Virus record (IMG/VR): IMGVR_UViG_3300012979_000027
Span: 144,369-208,368 of that record
Source: a virus
Lineage: Duplodnaviria; Caudoviricetes
DNA: 64,000 nt
Strand: one strand, 5' to 3'
The first letter of the stretch is position 1. Each line of letters begins with the position of its first letter. Positions 8,849 through 20,034 of the stretch are shown in pieces. The notes under the pieces were generated by a model. It was not told where the DNA came from and searched no databases. It worked only from the letters and a program-made list of their open reading frames with translations. The position numbers and the translations under genes were made by a program.

Positions 8849-9874
8849 ATATAAAGATAAAACATAAGAAGACACTTCATTTTTATTTGGAATATCTAGT
8901 AATTCGATATACTTTTTAATCGCATCTTCCATATCAAAAGCTTTTAATTCAACTTCAGCTATATCTTGGCTGAAGTTTTTTCCATTTTCCCATTCTACAG
9001 AAAACTCCAGAGGTTTCAAACCACTAATAATATTGCTAAGGATATTCATATCTGACGGAGTAATATCCATATCAATAATAACTTTAAAAATATTCCCAGG
9101 TATTACATTATGAGTCAAATTTTCTATAGGCCATCTCTTATTTTCTATAAGTTCGCTAAGGTTTAACTTATAGAATCTCGGAGAAACTTCATTTTTTACA
9201 AACTCACTTGTTAACGTATTTAAATCAAGAATATCAAATCCCTTTTCTGTTACATAAGTGTCAGAATGGTCCATTGGGAATGTATTACCTACATAAACAA
9301 TACGTTTATTAGGCCATGTCTTTTCTTGACGAAGATGAAAATGACCTGAATACACCAAATCAAATTTTTCTAGGAGTCCCGATGCTTTATAACCTTCTTC
9401 GCAATTCCCGACAGCAAGATTATATTTGAACATATTAATCTCAGCATGTGTAAAGAGAACATCTGCATTAGAATATTCTTCGGGATTATAGCCCCAACCG
9501 CAAAAAAGGATTTGTTTAGAACCGAAAGTCACTAATTCAGGCTTAGCAAAAACCTTAATATTGTCCCTGCCCTGAAATAGATTAACCGGCGAAACCGAAG
9601 GGGAATTTGCGTAATAAAGGTCATGATTACCTAAGATGAAATATAAATTAAACTCACTAAGCTTATTCAAAACCACTGAAGCTATATGAAGGGTATTTGC
9701 TGAGATGGAATTTCGAGTATGAAAGAAATCACCAAGAAATACTACATCTTTAATATCCCTCTTTCTTAATTCAGATACAAACCAGTCGGCCCAATTGAGC
9801 GCAATATTATGCCACTCAACTGAGTCCTGCTTAATACCCAAATGCAAATCTGAAAAAATAGCGATTTTATTCAT
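8831..9874 (-). CDS. T4 gp47-like recombination nuclease (SbcD/Mre11 family)
   Basis: FSDLHLG, LGDFFH, GNHD, SGHFH metallophosphoesterase motifs; likely start MNKIAIF. Confidence 0.9.
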   Translation of the reverse strand: MNKIAIFSDLHLGIKQDSVEWHNIALNWADWFVSELRKRDIKDVVFLGDFFHTRNSISANTLHIASVVLNKLSEFNLYFILGNHDLYYANSPSVSPVNLFQGRDNIKVFAKPELVTFGSKQILFCGWGYNPEEYSNADVLFTHAEINMFKYNLAVGNCEEGYKASGLLEKFDLVYSGHFHLRQEKTWPNKRIVYVGNTFPMDHSDTYVTEKGFDILDLNTLTSEFVKNEVSPRFYKLNLSELIENKRWPIENLTHNVIPGNIFKVIIDMDITPSDMNILSNIISGLKPLEFSVEWENGKNFSQDIAEVELKAFDMEDAIKKYIELLDIPNKNEVSSYVLSLYEKARV

Positions 9875-10082
9875 CGTCTCCACAGAATATTACTGCTAAA
9901 AATCCAAGAAGACAAACTCCCATCAAGGATGTAAAACCAATCCACCCCCAAAGATATGTAACAGCAAGCAAAAGCGTTGAAAAAATTGTAGAAAGGCCAG
10001 CAAAAACGCAACCGACTAAAATTCCTACAATCATTCTATCATTTTCTGAAAGACCTTTCTTTCTCAAAATGTCAATTATCAT
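9867..10082 (-). CDS. Small membrane protein with two TM segments
   Basis: Two hydrophobic stretches; overlaps both neighbours in operon fashion. Confidence 0.6.
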   Translation of the reverse strand: MIIDILRKKGLSENDRMIVGILVGCVFAGLSTIFSTLLLAVTYLWGWIGFTSLMGVCLLGFLAVIFCGDDE

Positions 10083-10645
10083 AATCTTCTATAACTATTT
10101 CATTTTCTGCATTATAAAACTCTCCCAAAGACGAAGAAAATACAGGTTTAATATAAATGGGAGCGTCTGTATTCTCTTTAGCAAACCCTCTCAAGAATTC
10201 CTGACCATATTCTGCTCGTACTTTAACATTTTGTTTTTCAAGATTAATTCTTCTCAAAAATTCACGCCAAGCAATACGATTAAAATAGCTAAAAGGATTA
10301 TATTTTCGCGATGGGTCAAACTTCTTACCAATTAATGCTTTTGTACACTTAACAAGAGCATCTGCAACCATCTCATCCTTCCAGGTATAACCCGAAAATT
10401 TAGGATTTTTTGCTAAACCGGTTAATCATCATACTAATCGCCAAACCACACTTCTCAAAATACTTTTTAGCATTTCTTCTAATAAGTTTAGCTTCAGGGC
10501 TCTTATCATTATCATCAAGTTCTGATTTCAATTTATCGTATTTGTAATACTCAGAAATATCAGACATGAATTGTGGTCCTGAAATATAGTGTTCGGGCTT
10601 TTCCTTTATCGGTTTAGAAGATACATATTCCGTACTTAATGCCAT
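10072..10645 (-). CDS. T4 gp55-like late-transcription sigma factor, interrupted by a +1 frameshift at CGG (10420-10418)
   Basis: Joining ORFs 10400..10663 and 10072..10371 by skipping one C gives HYISGPQF...MMIN-G-LAKNPKFSGYTWKDEMVADA...FDP..NPFSYFNRIAWREFLRRINLEK, the typical gp55 signature. Confidence 0.88.
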
Positions 10646-10670
10646 GAACTTATTATACCGCAAAAAATAA

Positions 10671-10697
10671 AAAAGGTGGGTAAAAACCCACCTTTTG
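10671..10697 (-). terminator. Hairpin terminator after the vWA gene
   Basis: aaaaggtgggt-aaaa-acccacctttt. Confidence 0.7.
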
Positions 10698-10702
10698 AAG
10701 GA

Positions 10703-12295
10703 TTACTTAATGATAGAATAACGGTCCTTGTTAAGTACTGAAACCATAAAATCCTCGGGATTCTTAGCAGAGAGAATCTGCTCAACCATGCCTGGCTTAC
10801 ACCCACCACAAAGGATAGCACCGCTACGATGATATGTAATTGGTTTAGAACTTACAACTGTAGCAGTATTCCAGAATACAATCTTCGGCATCTTATAACC
10901 TGCCTCAGCATACTTCGTACGAATCATCTTCAATGCGTCAGCCCCTCTTGTTGCTTGGTCAAACTGCATATCAGAGATAATCAAGATAGCCTCAGGCATC
11001 TCATCTACAGAAATCTTATTCTTTACTGCAATCTCAAGAACCTTATCAAATACAGCTTCCAAATCAGTATTCTGACCCCAAGGAGCAGAAATCATATGAA
11101 GAAGCTTCTCCTTCAACGGCCAAGTATCATCAATTGTCTGGAAAGTCGGCTTACGCGAGAAAGAGATAAACTGATTCTTAAAGATACCAGTATTATGCTC
11201 TGCAATATAAAGACCAAGAGACAAAGCAACGTCGATAGAAGCAATATTATGACCCCAACCATTGAACATAGAGCCAGAAGTATCTACTACTGCAAGCCAA
11301 TTATGATTACCGGTTGCGCCTTCAAAATAATTACGAAGAGAACGCCACTGAGAATCAGCCTGAAGAGCGATATTTTCATCTCCACGATATTCATGAGTAT
11401 CTACATAACAACCATTCTTCTGCGTCTGCTTAATACAACGCATTTTATTAGTGATTGGACGAGTTACATCATAAGGATAAAGAGTAGAGGTATTAATCTT
11501 TGGTGCGCTCTTAAGCATTACGGGCTCTGCAGAACGTACAACCTTATTAAGTTCCTGAAGATATGTAACATATCGAGCATTATCATTTCGAAGGAATGCT
11601 TTACGATACTTACCGGCTGCATAAGAAGGAAGCTTAGAATAATCAAAGGTATAATCCTTATTAGAAAGCTTAGTCTCTACAATATTAATAACCTTACGGA
11701 GAAAACTGAGTTGCTGACGATACTGCTTCTCGGAAGCAATACCAAGACCATTACGAACCGTTACAGAAAGCTCACGGGTCTTCTTGGAAGAAGTATTGCA
11801 AGAAGGAAGCCACTTAGCAAGAAGAGATACCTTCTGCGGCTCACCATTCATCACATTAAGCATATCATTGCTAAGCTGAGTACGAAGTACGTCGAAAATC
11901 TGAATATCAATCTCCTTAGAAACACCCAAAAGCGCCACAAGGTCATCCCAACGGCCAAAAGGCTTATCATCGGTACCATTAGGAATATGAATAATATTAC
12001 GAGCATACTCCGGATAGAGGCTCAAAAGAGTTCGCATACCATGACGAAATACCTCTCGCTCACCCTGACCTTCATGAATATCACGAATATAGAAAAGACA
12101 CTTAAGAGTAAGCTCCTTATTCTCAAGGGCGGCCTTACGAACGGCTTCCTCTACTGCCTTAGGGTTACGACGATATGAAAAACCATCCTGAAAAAGGTCC
12201 AAAACTGCAGAAAGAGAGCTATTAAAAGCAGTCATTCCGTTAGTAGTGGTAGTTACATTATCAATCTTAGTTGCACCATCAAATAGACTAGACAT
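10703..12295 (-). CDS. DUF2828/TROVE-like protein with C-terminal vWA domain
   Basis: TTNG...LDLF, FYIRDI..GQGER, GRWDDL, LLAKWLPS, LYPYD, VVDTSGSM (MIDAS), NTDLEAVF, ISDMQFD, IVFWN. Confidence 0.85.
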   Translation of the reverse strand: MSSLFDGATKIDNVTTTTNGMTAFNSSLSAVLDLFQDGFSYRRNPKAVEEAVRKAALENKELTLKCLFYIRDIHEGQGEREVFRHGMRTLLSLYPEYARNIIHIPNGTDDKPFGRWDDLVALLGVSKEIDIQIFDVLRTQLSNDMLNVMNGEPQKVSLLAKWLPSCNTSSKKTRELSVTVRNGLGIASEKQYRQQLSFLRKVINIVETKLSNKDYTFDYSKLPSYAAGKYRKAFLRNDNARYVTYLQELNKVVRSAEPVMLKSAPKINTSTLYPYDVTRPITNKMRCIKQTQKNGCYVDTHEYRGDENIALQADSQWRSLRNYFEGATGNHNWLAVVDTSGSMFNGWGHNIASIDVALSLGLYIAEHNTGIFKNQFISFSRKPTFQTIDDTWPLKEKLLHMISAPWGQNTDLEAVFDKVLEIAVKNKISVDEMPEAILIISDMQFDQATRGADALKMIRTKYAEAGYKMPKIVFWNTATVVSSKPITYHRSGAILCGGCKPGMVEQILSAKNPEDFMVSVLNKDRYSIIK

Positions 12296-12327
12296 AATTT
12301 TATTTTTTGCTGTTTATGTTTTGAAAA

Positions 12328-12663
12328 TTACAAATTATTTTTAAAGAAGTTCTGTTTCTTATTAAGTGTAAAATATTTCTCAACAAGTTCGTCAAACTCC
12401 TTTTCAGATATATGGCTTGACCAACGTTTTATAATATTTCCTTTCAAAATATCGTAAAAGTTTCTAACATCTGACTCGTCTTTTAACCAACAATTTGTTA
12501 TAAGATTTTGTTCTGGGTCATTATGCGCTATAAAATGTTCAAAAATAGAGAGGCCTTTTTCATTTTGCTTAACTGTACAATAAATTGTGAAATAACCAAA
12601 GTCATCTCTGAACTCAATATCCCTACAGATGAATTCGCAAAGGCTCTCTAACTCTTTAATCAT
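12328..12663 (-). CDS. Hypothetical protein
   Basis: 111-aa ORF in a tightly packed minus-strand array. Confidence 0.6.
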   Translation of the reverse strand: MIKELESLCEFICRDIEFRDDFGYFTIYCTVKQNEKGLSIFEHFIAHNDPEQNLITNCWLKDESDVRNFYDILKGNIIKRWSSHISEKEFDELVEKYFTLNKKQNFFKNNL

Positions 12664-12976
12664 TATTTTCTTTATGAATAATATTAATGCTCTTCACTTC
12701 GGAACCAGAAACAGTTACATCATAAGAATAAGTACTTTCATTCCATTTTGTTTTTATAGAATGTAGCTTCTTTTCTTTCTGATGACAGCATACGATACAA
12801 GTAAAAATACCAATTACAAACACATAAAATCCAAAACTCCATTGAATACAACCCATATCCCAATCATCTTGAAAGTATTTGAATGGGTTTAATGTCATAT
12901 TAACAAGACAACTCGTTATAAGTGTTAAAATAGCAGCAACTGCTATAACTCCCAAAATAATTAAAAAAATTTCCAT
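12656..12976 (-). CDS. Membrane protein with two TM segments
   Basis: Hydrophobic segments; C-terminus resembles that of 12961..13260. Confidence 0.6.
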   Translation of the reverse strand: MEIFLIILGVIAVAAILTLITSCLVNMTLNPFKYFQDDWDMGCIQWSFGFYVFVIGIFTCIVCCHQKEKKLHSIKTKWNESTYSYDVTVSGSEVKSINIIHKENND

Positions 12977-13260
12977 TCTTTCTTAGTTGTTACATGATTT
13001 ATTTGAACTTTATTAATTTTATTTTCACTATCATGAACATTAACTGTCAAAATACCGTTATTTTCATCTAAATTATAGTCTATGACATCATTTTCCACAT
13101 AATCATAGGCCAAAAATAGAGAACCAATAACAACAAGAATAATAGGAATAAAATTAACAGCCGACGCATCCGATTCCAATGCTATAATAGGATATATAAT
13201 AAACCCACCTATACCAAAAATTATCGTTAGAATACAAAAAAATGCAAGTAAAAAGCTCAT
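12961..13260 (-). CDS. Membrane protein with two TM segments
   Basis: Hydrophobic segments; overlaps neighbours. Confidence 0.6.
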   Translation of the reverse strand: MSFLLAFFCILTIIFGIGGFIIYPIIALESDASAVNFIPIILVVIGSLFLAYDYVENDVIDYNLDENNGILTVNVHDSENKINKVQINHVTTKKEWKFF

Positions 13261-13556
13261 AACTTCATCAATACTTTAGATTCTTCTATAAATTCACATC
13301 TATCTTTATCCATATCTGCAGTAAAGAACTCAACATCAGTGTGTCTGTTAAGAATTTTACCGAAAATATCACAAAAACTCCTATTTGAATCCTTTAAATG
13401 TGTATGTTGCCAAAGATATTCAGCTACACACTCAGCAACTATATTTCTAAGGCTACAATCAAACTCATCAATTTGCTCTGCTAATTCATAACCCTGCTCA
13501 GTGAACTGATCTTTATCATTGAGGTTATTTCTTTCAAGAATGATTTCGTGCTTCAT
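13257..13556 (-). CDS. Hypothetical protein
   Basis: 99-aa ORF in array. Confidence 0.6.
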   Translation of the reverse strand: MKHEIILERNNLNDKDQFTEQGYELAEQIDEFDCSLRNIVAECVAEYLWQHTHLKDSNRSFCDIFGKILNRHTDVEFFTADMDKDRCEFIEESKVLMKL

Positions 13557-13558
13557 GA

Positions 13559-13690
13559 TTAATTTTCAGTTTCTTTTTGCTGTATTTCTCTATAATCATC
13601 AAGTTCATCGTCTGCATCACTAGCAACTCGAAGAATTGCCCAAGTTGAAACTGATACTATAATAATAGCTAAAGATATAAGAATCCGCAT
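13559..13690 (-). CDS. Small single-TM protein (not in the ORF track)
   Basis: MRILISLAIIVSVSTWAILRVASDADDELDDYREIQQKETEN*; TAGAACT motif upstream. Confidence 0.5.
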   Translation of the reverse strand: MRILISLAIIIVSVSTWAILRVASDADDELDDYREIQQKETEN

Positions 13691-13766
13691 AAGATAATAT
13701 TTTTATATTTCAGTTCTAATACAAATAAAGTCAGGTTTAGCTTTAGGAATTATTTGGTAATCACAT

Positions 13767-14875
13767 TCAACAGTTTTCTTCATATTTTATATCCGAATAA
13801 GACTTAAGATATAGTTTAAGGTATCTTCTATCGTTATAAAATTCATGCTCAGACTTGGTATGAATAAGTTCGTAACTGACAGCATCAGTCCATTCGTGAT
13901 ACCAATCTTTCCCATCTTTACAATAAGCCTTATACTCAACAAAAACCGTTTCCTCAAGGTCTTTGTCACTCATAGTATTCAAAATCTCTTTTAGTTCTTT
14001 ATAAGTAAGACTATGATTTTCTTCAATAACTTCTTCAATCATAATTCTTTAAAAAATTGTATAGTGTGAGTTACATTACCAAAATTCCAATGATACTTAC
14101 CACATCTTTTAGGCTGTTTATCTCTGTTTATTTTGATTTCTCGTTTGCTTTCACCACCAAGTGTCTGAACATAAAAATAGAAAGTATCATTCATGAAAAA
14201 TGCAGGTTGACCATAACACTTTATGATGTCTGCTTCTTCACAGAGTTCTATAAAAGTTTTATCTTTCATAACTTAATCGTAATCATAATAAGGTTTAGTA
14301 AACTTCCAGATAATATCGAGGTATTTCATAAACGATTCTCTATCTCCTATGAATGAAATTGTATAACCATCCATCTTAAACCATTTGTCATGACGAAAAA
14401 CCGCAGTATACACCCTACCATAAGTTCCAAAACCTGGCCAACAACTATAACGAACACTCTTATCAAACTCCTCAAATTTATCCTGTAACTCTATTAGAGT
14501 TACATCTTTATCAGAATTCTTAAAATGTTCGAGTATGAAGTATTCTTCATTTAGTTTTCGCATGTTTTACAAATGTGCTATACAATTTCTAGGATTTAGC
14601 CCAGGATTGAACCTATACATTTCTACTGTAGGTCTTGAAGCCATAAAATAACACGGCTTCCCATCATACTTAAAATTAAGAGTGAAAATAGTTCCAATAT
14701 CACTATTGGTTATCTTTTCAAAATCAAATACTCCAAATTCATCAGTAAAAACCTCATCTTTTTCTTTATTGTATTTGACCTTGTATCTTTTCTTCCCTGA
14801 TACAAATTCAATATTCCACATCCCTTCCTTATAAAGGTCAACAATAGTCTTTTTTATCAATCTGTTGGGTATCAT
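13767..14875 (-). CDS. Four small hypothetical proteins (13767..14042, 14039..14269, 14273..14563, 14567..14875)
   Basis: Abutting or overlapping co-oriented ORFs with ATG starts. Confidence 0.6.
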
Positions 14876-14887
14876 AATCAGCTTAGT

Positions 14888-16096
14888 TTATTCGTAATTT
14901 CTAACCTCTATCATCTTGCCAAAGCGGGGAACACCGCCCCTGCCATCTTTCATAGGAGTAAGTTCTTGATATTTGATAGTGGCAAGTTTTCCTACATACT
15001 CATTACGGTTTTCGTAAAGGTTTCTTGCATAGTCTTGTGTTCCTGTAACCCCTGCTTTGAATTGCTCACCATTATCCGTCTCACAAATAACAGCAGCAGC
15101 AATTCCCTTCAAATTGCCCTTACCCTCTTCAAAATCAACAATCTTGTATTCAGTATCCTTAAACTTTTTGTATTTGAGCATATCAAAGGAGCGTCCAAAG
15201 AAATAAGGAACATCCTTTTTGAGCATAATACCTTCGTAACCACGATTTACCATGACCTTAATGTAATATTCGACCAAAGTCTCGTTATATACTTCATTAG
15301 ATGATTCTAACTTCCAACCACCAATAAAGTAATGAACCCAACCAGGCCCAACAAGATAAAAACTATCTTTGTTCACATCATCCAAATGATGACCCACCCA
15401 TCCATTCTGTTCAAAGATGTCCACCAATCTTGTCTTACGCTCTAGGTAAAGCAACTGTGGCTCAGATGGATAATAACTGTCAAAACAATGATACTGAACC
15501 AACTTGGCACTTTCTTCCAAATCTTCAGGCTTAGGCTTGGTCTTCTTCACAAGACTTACTATCTTGTTGAAATCATCCTTTAACTCATGATTATACAACT
15601 CACCATCAAGAATAGCATCAGGGTAAGTCTCAAAGAACTTCTTTACAAATTCATTCTCTTTAATGTGAGGACAACTTACAAACTCCTTATGTCCTCTACT
15701 GAACATACGAATTTCACCATCTACTAATTTTATATATGAGCGCAGGCCATCAAGTTTGGGCTCTACAATGTAAGGAAAGTCTAACTTACCCTTTTCTTGT
15801 CTATCGGGGTATTTGTCTGCAAGACTTACCTCAAATCGTTTCTCTTCACTAGGAATGTCATAAGAATAACCATGGTCAATCTGATATTGAACCTTAGATG
15901 ATACTTCATTCAAAACCTGTTGTTCAATACTCGTCTCATTAGCCTTACCTACATTTTTTTGTTCTACATAAGTAGGTGAAGTTTGAATTTTCTTACCGTC
16001 GCATCTGCCGCTAATAGTCCAATAACTCACATTATCATGGTCAATAGACCATTCAAGTAAATTACCCTTTTTATCTCTCTTATAAAGTTTAGTCAT
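14888..16096 (-). CDS. ATP-dependent DNA ligase (T4 gp30-like)
   Basis: EPKLDGLR (motif I), LDGELY, YEGIMLK, LKYKKF, C-terminal OB fold ..GVPRF. Confidence 0.93.
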   Translation of the reverse strand: MTKLYKRDKKGNLLEWSIDHDNVSYWTISGRCDGKKIQTSPTYVEQKNVGKANETSIEQQVLNEVSSKVQYQIDHGYSYDIPSEEKRFEVSLADKYPDRQEKGKLDFPYIVEPKLDGLRSYIKLVDGEIRMFSRGHKEFVSCPHIKENEFVKKFFETYPDAILDGELYNHELKDDFNKIVSLVKKTKPKPEDLEESAKLVQYHCFDSYYPSEPQLLYLERKTRLVDIFEQNGWVGHHLDDVNKDSFYLVGPGWVHYFIGGWKLESSNEVYNETLVEYYIKVMVNRGYEGIMLKKDVPYFFGRSFDMLKYKKFKDTEYKIVDFEEGKGNLKGIAAAVICETDNGEQFKAGVTGTQDYARNLYENRNEYVGKLATIKYQELTPMKDGRGGVPRFGKMIEVRNYE

Positions 16097-16157
16097 TAGT
16101 CAATGATACATTAGTTCTGTTACTTTGTCCCACGTATAGTGTCTATGCGCTTATTCT

Positions 16158-19112
16158 TCATTTTTCACTTGGCATATCACCCATAAAATCATAATTCATA
16201 AACTTTTTCACAATGTCATACACCATGAACTTATGAACTAACTTCACAACATTTTCCATTTCTTCCTTTTTCTTTTTGGTGGAAGGAGTGTAATTGTGGG
16301 TGAAGTAATTATGCTTATTCTTCCCTCTCTTTGTATAAAAATTGGTCATATTAATTATTCATTCAAGATGTTAAAGTTTCATCATCAACTTCCTCAATAG
16401 TCACATTTTTATAGCCTTGATTAATAATGTAATTTTTATAAAATTCAACTCTTCTCAGTTCTTCTTCGGAAGGATTTTTGGAAATAGGAATGATACATGA
16501 GGTGTTCTCGTCAGTCGTGAATTCTTGTATAGTCTCTCTACACACCTCTTCAACTGTACCATTCGTTCCAATTTTGTATAAAACCATGTCGCTCATACGC
16601 TTATTGTTCTAAATATTCCTTCAATGTTCCGTTTTCGTATTTTTCAAGAATTTCTTTGCAAAATTCCATCATTCTTTTATCTCGTTTCAACTCAAACTCC
16701 TCATTTAGTTTCTGCATCGCCACTTCATACGTATATTGTCTAAGTTCTCCACTAGCACAGTATTTGAAGAGTTTCATTATAGTATCTATCCTATCAAGAT
16801 TTGCTTGTAATTCTTCTTGAAATTTTTCTGTATCTTTGGGGTCATGATGAATCTTTGTACCACATTTCTCTAGTACTCGTAATGTAAGTTTGAAATCTTC
16901 ATCCTCACAATCATCAATAGAACAATTCACAAAAAAGACTTCATCTGCAGTCAATCCACATGCAGTGCTTGAATTCATCAAACCTAACTTATACATAGTG
17001 CTACCGGCTCTGAACCCCTCATAATGGCGTTCCAAACGGTTCATACTTTCACGCCTATACCTAAAAAGGTCATCATAATCTTTAAAACAAAGTAAAATAG
17101 TCTTTTTAATTTCGCTCATGCGCTTATTTCACCATTTTTTCAGAATTTCAAGATTTCTTTTATCTGCCTTTTCAGCATCAGTTAGATTTCTTTCTTTCTC
17201 ACACTGTTCCAAATATCTATAATGAACCTTGAAATCATTATTACATTCAAACCCTCTTTCTTTAACCATCTCAATCAACGAAGGTCCATTACACAACATA
17301 CCTGTAGTTTCAATCCATCCTCTAAGACGTTTAGGATTAGGTTTAGGAATAGCACGTTTCATTACTTCATCAACCCATATATCCATCGTTTTATAAGAAA
17401 GTTCAAGATTAGGATTTTCTTTCTTTACCATGTCAAATGCCTCCTCAATTGAGACTTGTGGTAAATCAAGAGGAACATAACCTAACGCATACCTTGCTTC
17501 GTTTTCAGTAATATCATGTTTATTCATGAAATCTTCCACCTCTTTACGCTGATTAGGGCTGAGGGGATAACCGGTGACATCTCTCATAATTCAATTATAT
17601 GACTGTTCTAAAAGCTACCAAAGATAAAAATAAAAAATCCCAAGAAAAACTTGGGGATGAAATTATTACAAAATAACTCTGATTTTCAAATCATTTTTGC
17701 CAAGATAACGCAAAACATCAATAAGAGTCAGCAAACAAGCACAAAACTTATCACAAAGCCCCGTCTTATACTCTACTTCTGAACGAATTACACGATAAGC
17801 GAATTCATGAAGTGTTTCAGGATGCGGATAAAATTTATGAGTTCCAATAATCAGGCAGTTACCATTGAACTCTACATTCAAAACACAACCCAAATATTCA
17901 TCATGATTAGTTAGATTGAAATGAGACAATACTGTATCTTCTGTTTCAACAGCAAATGTATTATCAAGCTGGTCAATCCAAACATAACCTGTATTATGCG
18001 TAAGGAAATAGGTAAGTTTGTCATATTGGAATACACCAATTTCATCAGCGTTCCATTCACGATTTTTCCAATCCTTACCTGCCCACTCGTCAATTAATTG
18101 TTCCATTGTCATAATCAAATAAAATCAGTATCGGTTAATCTATGAGACTTACCATACTCCTTATCATTGTGGAGGATGATATGCTTGTTTTCCTCAATGT
18201 ATTCTACCAAACGCTTAAAAGATGGAGATTTTGCCAAATCTGTTGCTTCATCATCGCCAAATCTTTCACATGAATTGCTATCTTTGTGTAAAATAATGTG
18301 ATGATTTGTATAAGGCTTTTGGGTGTATGTATTTTCGTCAATGTAAGTCAATCTTACATTATATAAACACACACGAACTTCCTTTATGCTACTTTCAACA
18401 GAAAAAAGATTTCTAAAATTAATACTCGTAATCTTATTTTCACAAGTATTCACGCAGAAATCACCATCTCCTGTAAGTAGCACCTTACTGTCGATAATTT
18501 TATTAACTACCTTCTCAACCACTTCTTCATCTTTCTTTCTCATACATCCAATTATATGCCTGTTCTATTTTTTAAATGAGTATAAAACGCCTTTATTGCT
18601 TCAACTGCTTCGCCCGCAAAAATAACGTCTTTATATAATCTCTTTAACAAGATTTTGTCGCCATTCAACGCAGTTACAACATATGTATCTTCACTTAAGG
18701 TAAATTCTTTATCATCATTAATAATTTTATCACCTTTCTTTAAAATCTCAGTCTCTACTATTAGCATAAAAAATTAAATTTTAATAGAAGATAACTCCAT
18801 TTCCATTTCCATTATATAATATGAAGTTTCCACTTTAGCTTTTTTTCTTTTTGTTTGAATTTCATTAATTTGTGCTTCCAAATTAGAAATGAAATCTTCA
18901 ACTTTTTTCTCAGTGAGATTATCAAAATTTATATATTTGGAACAGATTTTTTCTTTGCGTTTTGAAGGTTTACCTAACCACATTTCAATATATTCATATT
19001 CAAAGCCGGCAGTTAATCTCCCGGACGGGTACAACCTAAAATAAAGTTGAAGGCCCTCTTCTGAAAGCTCTTCACGCCTCTTTAACAAATATTCAAAAAG
19101 TTTAAACTTCAT
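16158..19112 (-). CDS. Array of small hypothetical (early-type) proteins: 16158..16349, 16363..16596, 16601..17119, 17129..17587, 17666..18118, 18115..18543, 18552..18767, 18774..19112
   Basis: Co-oriented, tightly packed ORFs with no recognisable motifs. Confidence 0.55.
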
Positions 19113-19506
19113 TTAAAAATGGTTTTAAAAGATTCCATTCAGATTCACTAATAGCACCACAATCATATTTCTCTTGAAGATTATATAAGCACTGTTTCAA
19201 ATATCGTTCATTATGCCAAGTGCTAAACAAATCTTCTTTAAAGCATTTAAAGTTTTTAGGAAAATTGAAATGCTTCCAAAATTTATCTGGTGTTACTTTA
19301 TAATTTCTGGATTTCATCTCATTTATAATTCTTTCACTATAATCATAAAAATGTTCAATATCAAAATCTAAAATTTTATTAACAAGAACATGATTAGGCG
19401 AACCATTCTTAGTGATATTAGAAGCTATACAACAACATTCCCGCCATTGTCCAAGAAGTTGTTGACGCGGAAGAACTGAAATAATATTTTTGTGCCAAAG
19501 TCGCAT
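19102..19506 (-). CDS. Pyrimidine-dimer DNA glycosylase-like protein (DenV-related family)
   Basis: MRLWH..I..LPRQQLLGQWREC, H.LVN, EM..RNY, H..RYL.QC..NL.EK. Confidence 0.75.
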   Translation of the reverse strand: MRLWHKNIISVLPRQQLLGQWRECCCIASNITKNGSPNHVLVNKILDFDIEHFYDYSERIINEMKSRNYKVTPDKFWKHFNFPKNFKCFKEDLFSTWHNERYLKQCLYNLQEKYDCGAISESEWNLLKPFLNEV

Positions 19507-19536
19507 AAAAATATATTATTTCAGTTCTGTTTGAAA

Positions 19537-20034
19537 TCAAGACAAAATAGCCAACTTACCGAGGCCTTCTTTTTCTAACTTTTTCAAAAGTTCAAATTCA
19601 GATTCATCCCAAGCTATTAAACAAGACGCAGCATTAGCAGTTGCTTTTTGTGAACCATCGGGACGACAGAACTTCAAACGACCTTTAATAAAGAAAAGAT
19701 ATTTTGCAGTCGGGAAAATATAATCATGCCAAGCCTTAATATCAGTTCGTGTAAAAAGTAACATTAAACCTGGTCCGTTATATTCCGAAAATTTCTTCAA
19801 AAATGGATATGCTTCTGAGCCATAAGGCGGGTTACACCAAACACGTCCAAACCACTGCTGAATTAATCCATTATCTTCTTTAGTATAATTTATATCTGCA
19901 CAATCCCAGGGACGAATCGTAGCAGCACAGGGGTCTAAATCAAAGTGACCCAATTTATCTAACAAGTCACGAGGTGTTAACCAAACGTTTGTAGATTCCT
20001 CTGTCTTTACAGTATTAAAAGCTTTAGAATTCAT
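19537..20034 (-). CDS. Phage-type DNA N6-adenine methyltransferase
   Basis: WLTP, FDLDPCA, DNGL..W.G.VWCNPPY, RTD..W, GRLKF. Confidence 0.88.
   Translation of the reverse strand: MNSKAFNTVKTEESTNVWLTPRDLLDKLGHFDLDPCAATIRPWDCADINYTKEDNGLIQQWFGRVWCNPPYGSEAYPFLKKFSEYNGPGLMLLFTRTDIKAWHDYIFPTAKYLFFIKGRLKFCRPDGSQKATANAASCLIAWDESEFELLKKLEKEGLGKLAILS

Noticed and set aside
10829-12178. 449-aa plus-strand ORF, and similar antisense ORFs at 33929, 35077, 40941, 51555, 5567 and 20397
   Set aside because: They are shadow ORFs opposite well-supported genes, produced by codon bias, and have no motifs.
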